DNA of 64,000 bases from the human T2T-CHM13v2.0 reference genome, Homo sapiens. Both the position numbers and the translations under genes were made by a program. This document shows positions 1 to 12,897 of the stretch, one piece after another. The stretch's first letter is position 1; each line of letters starts with the position of its first letter. The DNA lies in assembly GCF_009914755.1 (NCBI RefSeq), contig NC_060930.1; one strand, 5' to 3'. Below the pieces are notes generated by a model. That model searched no databases. It saw nothing but the letters and a program-made list of their open reading frames with translations, and was not told the origin of the DNA.

Positions 1-3
1 GCT

Positions 4-19
4 GTGTGTGTGTGTGTGT
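4..19. repeat. (GT)n microsatellite
   Basis: gtgtgtgtgtgtgtgt directly visible. Confidence 0.9.
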
Positions 20-852
20 TTCCTCAATGCTGGAACTTGCTTTCTGGTATGGGTCCCTGCTCTTGCTCCCAGAGCTCTTCATGACCTCCTGAAGAAGCCA
101 AGCTCTGCCCCTGTGGAAACCACGTCCATCACTGCCCACTTGTGTCCTGCCCATATGAGGTCTGGCCGCCATAAGGGGCAGGGCAGGATTTCTGTATTTC
201 ACCAGAATCTGCAGTCGGTCCCTGGAATCTCATCAAATACCTATGAGTTGGATGAATTCCTTTCCTCGTGAGGTTTCAAGATAACTTGGGGTTCCCGGCC
301 TGTCAGAAAGTGACATTCTTTACTTACCACAGATCACAACCCCTGTGCAGGGACTGTGTACACAGAATAAGAGGACAGTTTCCAAGGGCTTTGTTGGCTT
401 TATAAGTCAAGTTTGATTCCTAAAAGGAGAGCACAACATTCCAGCCAATGCCTTGGCAAAATAATCAGTTTTTCCTATTGTGTCCTGTTACAAATGAAAA
501 CAGATTCTTATTGTATTTATGCAAATAACTATATATAAACAGTTCCAAATTCTGGAGAAATCAGGTAGAGAGAAACAAATATGCCCCAAATTTTGTTCAT
601 AAGAATATACTTGTTAAAAGCCATTAATAGCTCAAAAGTTTCCTTGACTCTGAAAAAGCAAAACAAAGGATTAGCAACATTGCTTAACATTTTAAGCAAA
701 AAGTCAAAAAGATCATTTCAGTCTTCTATCAGTTCAGTTCATGCAGTTCATTCCTGTCCTACTTGATATTAGTAAATATTTTAGCTCTTCAAGAGTCGTG
801 AACGTTTTTCTTCTATGCTAATGTCACAATCTTCAAAGTTATCAGAAACCTG

Positions 853-1113
853 CATTCAAGAGCACCTGGGAGAGCTTTCCAGCTAATTATAAAACCACCT
901 TCTAAAGAGGACCAAAACAAGACAATCATTTATGGATGACATTCAGGAGCACCTGGGAGAGCTTTCCAGCTAATTATAAAACCACCTTCTAAAGAGGACC
1001 AAAACAAGACAATTGTTTACGGATGACATTCAAGAGCACCTGTGAGAGCTTTCCAGCTAAGTATAAAACCACCTTCTAAAGAGGACCAAAACAAGACAAT
1101 CGTTTACGGATGA
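853..1113. repeat. 87-bp tandem repeat, 3 copies, inside the ERV internal
   Basis: cattca(a/g)gagcacctg...gacaatcatttatggatga starts at 853, 940 and 1027. Confidence 0.95.
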
Positions 1114-2776
1114 CAAAAGTTTTAGGGTAGGCATAGTTAAAAACACAATTGACAAGGAAATCTGTTACTTCTGTGGCACACAATAATTTAACATAACAAT
1201 TATTACTGATAATGTCCACTAAGATATATCAGAAATATAGGAGTCTCCCATAACTTTGAAACAAATACCAAAACATATTTATACAAATATAGCCCAAAGA
1301 CAGCCAAACACCATTTCATATCTAACAATACTTCCTGTGTAATGTTTATACCAAATAGGTCAAATTTCCCCTTTACATTAGTTACACCCAATTCTTAATA
1401 AAACCTTATAAACATATTTACCCAATTTTAATGTTTGACCATAAGGTAAGATTTTTATAGAACTTTTCTAACCCTTTACAGTTTTTGTTAAAGAGCAGGT
1501 TAGTGCTCTAAGAGAAACCCATTGTGTTTTTATTTTAATGCTCAATTTACAGAAAAACTGGATGATACTCCTTTAACTTTAGCCAATGGGTTTACACACA
1601 GAATTTCCCTTACAATCAACCTTCCACACCTTGCTTAAACCTTCATCTTTATTTTATCTAACTTAAAACAACACTTTAAATCTAGGCAAAAAATCCACAT
1701 CCTCATGCCTCCTTATAATCTTTTTACCAAAAATATATTTTACTTTCCTTACACACGTTGCACGTAAACTGACATAAAGAATGTTGCTATTTCTTCAACA
1801 GCTTTAAATACATGTTACTCTGTTAACTCTTAGGAACCTTCACTTTTGGTGAAAACCTTGGTAAGGTTGGGATTTGAATGAAGAACTAGGTGTGAAGCCT
1901 AGGACCTAGACAGAAGTGCAGAAAAAGTCTGACTTATTCCAGCATCTAACTCCATGTGTCCCAGGCCATATCTAGCTGTAAAGCAGGCAGTTGTGCGGCT
2001 AAGAGTCATAGTGGCATTTTATACAGCATTTAGGAGGCCTAATCACCTTTAAATTGTATATTTCTTGCATAAATTCGCTTTCATAAATTCTTTCACGACT
2101 ACACAGACAAGCTACGACACGCCTTGACTTTCTGACTTGTCCTAAACATCCCTCTTTTTAAACAACCAGTCATTTTACTTTTAGGAAAGAATTTACCATA
2201 CAAGATCCTTTCTTATATAAAATCTCTTTTCTTTATACCTTTTTGCATAGCTAAGGGCATGGTTAATTTCATGTGTCCCCAGGCCTTATCTAGAATTTAG
2301 CACTCCAAAATAAATTGAACAATTTGTAAGTCAAAGAAACAGTTTATGACCAAAAACATTTAGCAAACCTAATATTTGACCTGCATAATTTAGTCCAAAT
2401 GTTTACATTTTTTAGGAGATTTTCATGTTACCAATAATCTTTAAAACTCTCTTTATACTTTCTTTATAGCTCTCTTGTTTTCTGGTTTCTTTTACCTTGT
2501 TTTGTATATAACCTTTAAATAAGCTTTGGATTAGACAAAAATTAATTACCCTGAAAAAAGGACACAATATTTAGAAAGAATGTTTTCCTACAATATATTT
2601 TCATTGGAAAATAGCCAAATAATGAAATGTCTGTTATTAAATTTAATATAGCTTTAGATTCTAAATTATGACAGGTTTGTTTATGAGTATTTATCCAATT
2701 ACATTCATCTAATTATTTATTTTAATCATTTACCTAGATGATTTATGAAAGCTGCGATAGTTATCATTTACAGTTA

Positions 2777-2982
2777 TAAAACCACCATTGCAAAATTATA
2801 ACTGAGACAGTGAGAATGACATGACCTAACCTACTCCATCTTGCTTCTAAACTCCAAGCTATTTTTATTAACTTCTTAGTTTATACTTTAGCTTTGAAAC
2901 AAAGGTGGTAACAGTCCTTTCCCAGAACAAACTTCCTTCATGCTTATGGACTAGATTGCCTAAGGCCACAAGATCCGAAGTT
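2777..2982 (+). mobile_element. LTR8-like 5' fragment, antisense within the ERV internal
   Basis: aaaaccaccattgcaaaattataactgagacagtg...actccatcttgcttctaa...ggactagattgcc...gccacaagat resembles the recalled LTR8 5' consensus. Confidence 0.65.
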
Positions 2983-3745
2983 AAAATATTTCACTAAATA
3001 ATTCAAGATGTAGCTATTTCAATTAAACTAATATTAATGTTTTACTTACTAAAAATTACATAAGCAAAGATTATTCTGTTTTGGGCTGGTTATAGTTTTG
3101 TAGCCTGTATGCCAAATTTTGACACCTTATAGTATGTGGCAGAGACAAGTTGGAAATCACTTGATCAATAAATGCAAACAAGTATGCTGGCAATTCTTAA
3201 GATATTTCTAATATTACTTTACCAATAATTTTTAAAATTTTTAAAGCTAGCTTATTTATTAAAGATTTACTTAAGTCACATAAACTTAAAAAAGCATTTG
3301 ACTACTCTTTCCTTTTTTCTGTTAAAGTATGCAAGCACTTTTATTTTTTCTTTGAGCCAATTAATAAGAACTCTTTTATGTATTTTCAGTAGTGAAACAT
3401 GGTATACATGAGACATAAATACATAGCCGTGTTAGGCATGCCGACAGAAATACATTTTATAGATTCATAAGACCTCCTTTTTTCTATCTTAGACTTGCAA
3501 ACTCTTGATAACCTGGTTTATTACTCTGGCAGTTGTCAACTAAATAGCCCTAAATCTGCATATTAAAGGAAACAACTCTTAGGTGAAAAAGCAAACAGCA
3601 AAATTTTACATCTCAAGGTGCACAGAGAAAAAGTCTGGGTGGTGTTAGAGGGAGATTAAAGAGGAAGGCCAGATCAAACGTAAAAGTATAGAAATTTTAT
3701 CATAGGACTGTATAAGGAGACTAACTTTACTTAGATATTGACTAA

Positions 3746-4181
<436 letters not shown>

Positions 4182-4908
4182 TAAATTACACTTTTTCTTA
4201 AAAACTGCAGAGTAGCTTCCGTTGTTACAGCTATTAACAAAGAAAACAGAATTTGGTAAACTGAGAAGAAAAACTTTTGCTCAAAATGACAAGGTCCTAG
4301 GAGAGAAATAAAAACAAAAACATGAAGACCTTTTAAATGCAAACATGCATACATGCACATATGCATACACACATCTTGGATGTGAGCCTTCCTTTAAGCT
4401 GACTTTTCACCATTGAGCTCCTAAAAAAATATATGTTTTTCTTCTCAGAGGACTTTCAGCAGAAATGGACCCAATACCTCCCATTTTTAAGTTTACATGA
4501 TATCAAAAGGAATAAGGCAGATATGCAAACAAGTGGAGACAAATTTTGGACAACACGAGAGGGCATGCAGTCGGCAAAACAGACTCAAAGCGAACTCAAA
4601 TCTGATCTCAACCAAAATGCAAAGCTGGTGTATGAGCAAGCCCCATTGCTTCCCTTGGCAGTGCTGGACAAGTGGTTTCACAAACCCAGATGGGAAAACA
4701 ATGGGCTCCTGGCATATGATCCAGTTAACTCACCCTTGGAGAGCATCTGCTCCTGATCTCCGTTCTTCCCCAGTAGTGAAAGGGACATGAAATGTTGCAC
4801 ACCAGACAGTCCTCCGGAGGGTCCCCGGGAAAATCTCACCAGTAGCTGCTGAGATCCTCCTGAAGAGTGTCTCGTCGCAAGCCGCTGACCACAGCACCAT
4901 CCTGGTCT

Positions 4909-4926
4909 CTCCTGGCTGGCTTGCCA
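4909..4926 (-). other. Retroviral primer-binding site, tRNA-Arg(ACG)
   Basis: Plus strand ctcctggctggcttgcca is a 17/18 match to the tRNA-Arg(ACG) 3' end CTCCTGGCTGGCTCGCCA; lies 5 nt from the LTR end. Confidence 0.85.
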
Positions 4927-4931
4927 AACTT

Positions 4932-5587
4932 TGTTCCTGGACCAAACTGAGGGTCGGGCTGCTATTTCTTGTGGCCCAATAACCACATGCAGATGAACTG
5001 GGGAGGAAGAGAGTTTTTATTTCAGTAACCAGTTACAGGGAGAAGGCCGGGAAATTATCGCCAGACCAACTCAAAATTACAAAGTTTCCCAGCACTTAAA
5101 TACCTTCTAAGCTATATGTCTACGTATAAATGTGCATTCATCTAAAGACGTAAGTGATTAACTTCTTTTAATCTAAAACTAATGTCTGAGTCCTGAAGAC
5201 CTTCTCTGGAGCCAGTAAATTTACTTAATCTAAATGGTTCAGGTGCTGGAGTGATTACCCTTATCTTCTCCCCTGCTAAATCATGGAGGTTTGAGGAGTT
5301 CCTTCAGCCCCCAGTACGCTTGTTTGTGGAGGCCTTGGGGAGTTTCTTCAGACCCCCAATAAAAGTTGTTTAATCCCAAATCTGTCCTGTTAAGAATTCC
5401 TTCATTATCTTGTCATGCTTTAAGGCCCAGGAAAGGCCTGGCCAAAACTCTTTATCGGCTTCTGTAACATCACAGCCTTTGTATAAGGGCACTGGCTTTT
5501 TCAGCTTTTAATATTTATCTTAACCACTCAGTCTGTAATGAAACAATTGTGATGGAGGTGTGCATTCATGAGACCTGGCCTGCCACA
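4932..5587 (-). mobile_element. 5' LTR, MER50-like (ERV1)
   Basis: Minus strand begins TGTGGCAGGCCAGGTCTCA and ends ...TCCAGGAACA; minus-strand AATAAA near 5016-5021; followed by the PBS. Confidence 0.8.
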
Positions 5588-7360
5588 GCTAGAGGGGACG
5601 GGCAAAAGATATATTTTAGACTAGAATATAGAGCACACGCAATAATCCATTTTTTTAATCAAAAGAGCATGCCTTGTAAACTGAGAAAGGGGGGCTCCAG
5701 GTGAAACTGGGGGAGCTCAGCACTGCAGCCACATGCAGTGAACCCCGAGATTCCAGAACACCCAGAAATGTAGTTCTGTGGGTGCCATGCAAACGTTCAC
5801 TGTGATAAAAACAACCTGCCGTTAGATCTGGCAGCAACTCCAGGCTGTGTGACCTCGGACACCGGCTCTGAAGCCGCGGAGCCGTGCAGGACGCCCGGTG
5901 CCTCCCAGTTCCTACCTTAGTGATATGGGCACTCAGGGAGCATAAATTTCAGAGGTTCCTTCTTAAGTCAGAAAGGAAATCACATCTGAAATTCAAAAAC
6001 AGCAGTGCCTTAAGATTGTCTTAGCCTCCATGGAAAAGGTTAATGAGGAAATTAGTCAATTAAAATTTGTAGTAAAGAAAACCAAAAATGTATCTCTATT
6101 CTCTTTTAAACGGCTAAAATTCAAATGGATAGTAACCCATTGACCAGTTAAAGTTAGCCTTACTCTTGGAGATTCAATAAACTCAAGAAATCACCACTAT
6201 GAGCTTTCTTTTTCAAATTTAACATGTGTTTCTTATCTAGGTAACCAGAGAAATATTTAAATGTTTTCAGAACTAGCTGCCTTACGGAAAATAAATGTGT
6301 ACTTTGCCTTGTAGGACGTAGTTGATTCAGTAAGGAGGTAAGAGTTTGCAAGAACAAGTCCTGTTGTCAGCTACGAAGTGGCATCTGCCTCTTCCTGCCC
6401 CGGCCTTTCAAAAAGTTCCCTCTGGCCACGTTACACTCATTAAAACAGAATATAAAGATAACGCATGGAAATAAATGAAATACTGATAATGTTTAACTTA
6501 CTGATAACGGGTATCTTACAATAATTACCATTTATGGTTCTCATAGTTTCCCTTCCAAGAGTTTCAGGAGATAACTGTGAGCTCTGTGTCACTTTCACAA
6601 CAAGCTGTTTTTCCATCGTCAGCACCTGTGCCCTTCTGAGACCACGCACAAGGGTCAGACCTGGTGCTGGAGACACAGTAGGCGGGACGGCCCTGGTGAC
6701 TCTCTTCCTAACACACATGACAACGGAGTGTCGGCTCTGCAGGGAACATGACACACCCAAGGGTCCCCAGGCTTGTCTGAGCAGGAAGCAGAGTGAGCCT
6801 TCATGTCTCCAAGATACTGTCACAAAACTCTCCATCCTTGTTCCCAGGCATTGGCCTGACTTTCTTTTCTCATGTCGAGACCCCAGTACTCAATTTTAGT
6901 AATTATTTAGTCAGCACTGAGTATTGAATACTGATATTGGAATGGAAATTCTTGCCATTGGGTGAGAGGAAAGTGCCTGGGGCTGGTGGAGGCAGCCCCT
7001 CCAGTCGGGTGTGCCCAGGGTGGCTGGCTCTGCCCTCCCTGCTGCTTCGAGGCCTCCAGCCCAGGCAGAGTATCCCTCCTAGGAAAGCTTCTGGAACGCC
7101 CAGGAGCAGTCCCCAGGCCCGTAAACGTGTTCTGTTGTCAGCTACCAAGCGGCTTCTGCCTCTTCCTGCCCCTGCCTTGTGCAGCCACTGGCTTGGGCGA
7201 CGGGCGATGACTCACTTCCCCCGGCAGGCATGCCTCGCCCGGGCACGGAGCTCGCTGGCACAGGGGCTGGCCCCGGGGTGCTTGCCTCTGTCCATGGGCC
7301 GAGCCAACAGCGAGCTTCGTGCAGAGGGGAGAATTGCTCACGTGGGGTCAGAGCTGAGCT

Positions 7361-7632
7361 CACTGCAGGGTCTGCGGGGCTCCCCGGATTCCTGGTGAAC
7401 CAGCTTTCTCTCCAATGCAGGGTCTGCGGGGCTCCCCGGATTCCTGGTGAACCAGCTTTCTCTCCAATGCAGGGTCTGCGGGGCTCCCCGGATTCCTGGT
7501 GAACCAGCTTTCTCTCCAATGCAGGGTCTGCGGGGCTCCCCGGATTCCTGGTGAACCAGCTTTCTCTCCAATGCAGGGTCTGTGGGGCTCCCCGGATTCC
7601 TGGTGAACCAGCTTTCTCTCCACTGCAGGGTC
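7361..7632. repeat. 52-bp GC-rich minisatellite, about 5.2 copies
   Basis: tgcagggtctgcggggctccccggattcctggtgaaccagctttctctccaa at 7364, 7416, 7468, 7520, 7572 and a partial copy at 7624. Confidence 0.97.
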
Positions 7633-8086
7633 TTCACAGGAGCCCAGGAAAAGCTGGTGTCAGAGAAAGACCCCAGGCAATCAGAGCCACACCCTTCCCA
7701 GAGGTGCCAGGATCCTCCTACACCCAGGTTGTGCTAGGGCCAGTTCTCCTAACAAGAAGAGAAAGCCTCGGACCCCAAAGACAGCCTTTGTGCAGGACGG
7801 AACCACCCACCCAGGTCGGCCCATTGCAGAAGGAGGCAGCCAGAGCCCAGTGAGGAGGGGAGGCCACCAGGCCAGGGAGCAAGCGTCTCCCAGAGGTGTC
7901 GCTTTCCCTCAAGATCCAATTATCCATGACATTTCAGGAAGGTATATCCATCACCTAGGAGGTTCCTCTGGGCGACCACTGGCTACCTTCGGCCACAAAC
8001 CTTTCTGGTTAAAAACATGAGGAAGTTTAAAAAATGCATGACACTTTTCAACTTTTAAAATTGCTAACTATGAAGTTCTAATGTTT

Positions 8087-8372
8087 GGAGACCTTTATGA
8101 TGACCCAACTCCACCTAATGAATAGCGAATATGTTTTCTCCTCCCTATGACTTTTTTAATAACCTGTTCTTTACTGTAGCTTAGGTTATTTTGGAATGCA
8201 GTATATAATACATATAACAGCAACACGTGTCCATCGTTTATGTCGTCCCGAGGCTTCTGGTCAATAGTAGGCTATGAGTAGTTAATTTTCTTGGGGGTGC
8301 AAAGTTACATGAAGATTTTCAAATGTGTGGGGAGTCAGCACCCCAACTCTTGCATTGTTCATGGGTCAGCTG
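8087..8372 (+). mobile_element. Tigger2/MER28-like DNA transposon, 3' end
   Basis: ...aggcttctggtcaatagtaggctat...ttgttcatgggtcagctg matches the recalled Tigger2 terminus with TIR. Confidence 0.7.
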
Positions 8373-9631
8373 TGTATATTTTAGGCCCCATGAAACAAGG
8401 AGCTGTGTGACCAGGGCCCTGAGCAGCCTCCAGACTGGCCATACTGCCCGGCTCCATCTGTGCACCCTCTCCCTGGCCACACTCACCCGACTTAGATGTC
8501 CGTCTGAGCCTGCCACCTGTCACACCCACACCAAATTCTGGCATGTGTCCTGCCCAGATGACTTCACCTGCTGCAAAGCTCCTTCAGCGTCAGGTCTCTG
8601 CCTCCTTCTATGTCTCATCCTCTTCCCCACTGTTTCTTCTCCACTTCCCATGCAGGTGAGCCCCTAACAATGACCAAGACCCCCGTCCTTAACCCCACTG
8701 CTCTTGTCCAAGAGGGAATCACACTGTCTGGTTGATACGTTCTAGGCTGGAGTTCGCCTTAGTCTCCAACCACTTCAGGCCTTTCTCAGTCCAGCCCATT
8801 GTCTGTCTGCTCAGTGAACCTTCCTGTTAACTGCCTCTGTCGCTGCAGTTCCTACAAGATCCCGCCGGCCCCAGCTGGGAGGGCTGGACTGGGTGAGATA
8901 TTTAGTCAGAGGCATCCTGGTAGTAGAGGAATCTGAGCAGTGTTTAAGGAAGAAACCCAAAGATCAAGCTTTTGTTCATATGTAGGCTTACTCTTAGCAT
9001 GGCCACACCACCTCCCTTCCCAGGGCCTGTCCTGGTTCACGCCTGAGATGCTATGGAATTATGAACGGCCACTTGCCACTCTCAGAAGGATCCCAGTCCC
9101 CGCTCCCGATGATAAACTATAGAGTCACCCAACTTAAACACCACAATTTACACACACTGCAAACTCATCTATTTTCCCAGGGCTGTTAATACTGACATAA
9201 ACTGGACTCACTCAGCCTTGGGGACACTGGAGGGTTTACACTCCCACAGAGGAAGAGCCTGTGGTGGACGCTGGAAGCCCTTCGATTACACAGAAAGAAG
9301 GAAGGTGCTTGCAAACACATATATTTTATTATTGACTTAGGTATCAGTTTGCATTGCTATAGAAGCTTACATCAGCTTCTATTAAAACTAGGTTCTGGGT
9401 TCCTGGTTCTGACTCATATGATTTTGGGAAGAGTGTTGGAACTCTGTGCCAGCCTGTTCCTAGGGAAAGGAGCCAGGACTAAGGAGCTGGGCAGAGATGG
9501 TGAACCGAATCGTGCCCTCATTGTTCAGAGAACAAAAGACTGAAGACTCCCAGAGGCATAAAACAGCTTCCATGTCTCACTCACGTGGTACAGCTGTAAG
9601 GGTGGGGCAGGAGGTTATATGCATATGGCTA

Positions 9632-9919
<288 letters not shown>

Positions 9920-10083
9920 TCATAAGGTCATGTTTAGAAAAGATCATTGTTACCCACAATCTCAGGATCAGCCAAGTTGCATAACTCCACAGCTGCCATT
10001 CACATTTCATTCTTGAATTAGGTGGGTTCACTGTGCTAGATACCACAGGTCAAAAAAGATTGTCTGGGCAATGGTCTAGAAAG

Positions 10084-10687
10084 TGTGAAAGGAAATTAAA
10101 TCTTGGGACCCCAAACTCATTAAGCCAAAGGGAAAAATTAAGCTGAGAACTGGGTGCTGCAAACCTGCCTCCTCTTTTTGGTTCCTAATTGATGAAAAGC
10201 TACATGCCTCTCCCATATTTTGCCCACAAGGAAATTCCTAGTATGCTCCAAGATCTTTAATCTAAGGTGTTTCTGTGACGATTTCACCACGGCAATGTAA
10301 ATTGACAGCTTCTCTTTATAGCTGCACTCACCCCCGGCCCACCAGACATAAATGCATATCTGATTGTTCCCCTGCCCCATTTCGTCTGTGATCTTCTGTA
10401 AAATGCAGATTCCCTAGGTTTTTCCTCTGCTCCATCTGTCTACGTTGTCTTATGTTAAAAAAAAAAAATGCAGATTCACTGAGCCAGACAAAGGCATGAT
10501 TATTTTTCCCTATCCCACATCTTCCATGAAAATTGTGACTATCTCACCCTTTCCCCTTTAAATTTGGAGCCCTCAGAATCGTCTTTGGAGAAAGGCATAG
10601 ATCTGTCTCCTGGGCGCGCATTCTTAACTTGGCAAATACACCTCCTAAAATGATTGAGACTTGTCTCGTCATGTTTCTTGATTGACA
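10084..10687 (+). mobile_element. MER4-family solo LTR (MER4A/B-like)
   Basis: TGTGAAAGGAAATTAAATCTTGGGACCCCAAACTCATTAAGCCAAAGGG...GATTGACA; TG...CA ends. Confidence 0.85.
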
Positions 10688-12897
10688 GAAGCTAACACAG
10701 AGAACATTTTTAGATGAGAAACCCAATAAATTTTAAGAAGTTTGCAGAGTGCATTGTAACACGTGCCCTTGGAATCAACCCTATGATCTTCTCTCGCTCT
10801 CTCTTTCTCTCAGTAAAGGAATACACGGTTCTTATTGTATATACATTATTGTAATAAAAACAAAGTCACACCTGCCTAAGGAACGAGGTGCCACATCCTC
10901 AGTCGGAGCCTCTGGGCAGGGCAGGAGGCAGGAGGTGCTCGAGGGAAGTCTCACCTGCCTCTGCCTGAATCCAGTTGCTTCAGAGGCTGAGCACACCGTG
11001 AGCCAACTTCCACTTCATTCGTCAGGAAACCTATTAAAATGTTCACCTGGGGGTGAAGGTTCCTTGTGGTTCATATTCATTTTTAATCCATTTGTTATTT
11101 TTGAGATGAAATTTCTCCTGGGTTGAGAAATGATTTCAGTTTAGGGGAAGTATTGGCTGTGTCACTGTTTTCCACTCATATTCTTATTAAGAAATATATT
11201 GGCTTTAAAATATTAAACTTTGACTGACTTTATTCTTTTGCTACTTTGGTCCTTGGAGACAGCCACAGAGCAAACTGTATTCTACTCTTTTGGATTCCCT
11301 TATTGTCACCATGTCAGGCTTACTTAGGCAGTAGATGCATGATGCGAGGTGTCCCCAGGTGGCAGGGCAGGGAGGTCCCTCAGAGACAACCCACTCCCTG
11401 ACCCTGATCCCATTCCTGACACCCGGGCAGCGGCACCAGGCTGTGGCTGCAGCAGCACGATCTCACCAAGGGAGGATCTGTTTGTTTTCCAGGTCTGGAC
11501 TTCATTCTTCGCTCAGCTGGTTGTTATTACGGCCTTTGCAGTAGCAGCGAGAGATTAACCACAGCCAAGTCTCTAAATTTTGACACAGATTCAACCCAAA
11601 TTCAATCTTCCACGTTCATAAGGAGGTGAGAAGAATGGAAGGAGAAGATGCAATTTCCATATTGCTCATAATTTTATGACTTTATGCTATCATTTCGGGA
11701 TAGGCAGCACTTTTTTAAAAGTCCACAGGGTAAAGCGTGCTTAATTAAAGTAATGTCAGTGAATCTTAGAGGTGACATTTGTTTTTCCAGTTCATTTTCA
11801 TGATGCAAAAGAAATGAAAGGGAGTTGGTGCTTAGCAAGTTAACAAAGAATTACAGAAAGTAGAGCCCCCAGGGTGAAAATAACTGGAGGTTGTCTCAGA
11901 CAGCTGTGTTAAAGCCAGTCCCAGGTCCAGTGTGGGAGTCACGACCGGGTCACTTCATACTTCAGGTTTAAAATATATGAGGCAGTGAAAAAGAAAGGCT
12001 GCACTTTTGTACCCACTGCAAGTCAGGAAGGCTTGGCAGTTTTCCAAAGGAACGTCGGGTAGTGGTTCCTGGAAACTGGAGTGACTTCTGCAAATGATGA
12101 ACACTTAAATAACTGCTGGAAACATACAGGGAGGTGCAGGCTCCTTCTCAGAAGCTGCTGGTTATATCAATGTTTATGCCCCTTCCCTCTGCATGCTCTG
12201 TGTATCTATAACACTCAATAACATGAATGCACCACATCATATTTAACTGTTCCATTTTCTTAGCCACTGTAGGCTATGCCACTTTCTGTTGTCATAAGCA
12301 ACTCTGTAATGATCAATACTGTATAAATGTTTGCCAACTTTACCATATGTCTCAAAAATAGCTTCCATTCCTGCCCTGGTAGCCGACTGTTTCATGAACC
12401 ACCCTCTCACTGAAAATAGCTAAAATCGTGAGTGCAATTTGACAATTTTCTTTAAATGCATTGCTGAGCTAGCAAGTAAGTAAGAAGTCCTCGGTGGTAA
12501 AGAAATAGGGGGTACACAAGAATCTAGTGAGGCAAAAGGAACCTGAGACTGGGCTTGGCCTGGGGAACCTGATAAGCCCCAACCTCTTGTAACGGCCGCT
12601 CAGGTGAGGGGGTCTCTGAGGACAAGAGACCACTGCATAAGTTAGGAGCCTCAAGGACCACAATCTCCTCAAAGTGAGCCTCAGAACCCTGTAGGGAGCA
12701 TTCATCAATGGCCTGACTTGCTGGTTGCTGAGTGGAGAAGAAAAAATCATCCCCCACAAAGAATCTATAATCATCAGCAAGCTCATCCACTGTGTATTGG
12801 GCTGGTCAGATCCTCTCGAGTCAGGAACTCATTTCCAGTGATATCAGGTTGTTGATCACTCTGTCCTTCTTGAGACACTTTTTGCTCATTTCCAGTG

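Noticed and set aside
4909-4926. tRNA-Arg gene
   Set aside because: Only the 18-nt 3' end matches, adjacent to an LTR, so it is a primer-binding site
6440-8020. Overlapping 100-150-aa ORFs suggesting a gene or CpG-island promoter
   Set aside because: GC-rich and VNTR-derived chance ORFs with no recognisable protein family; the CpG patch is short
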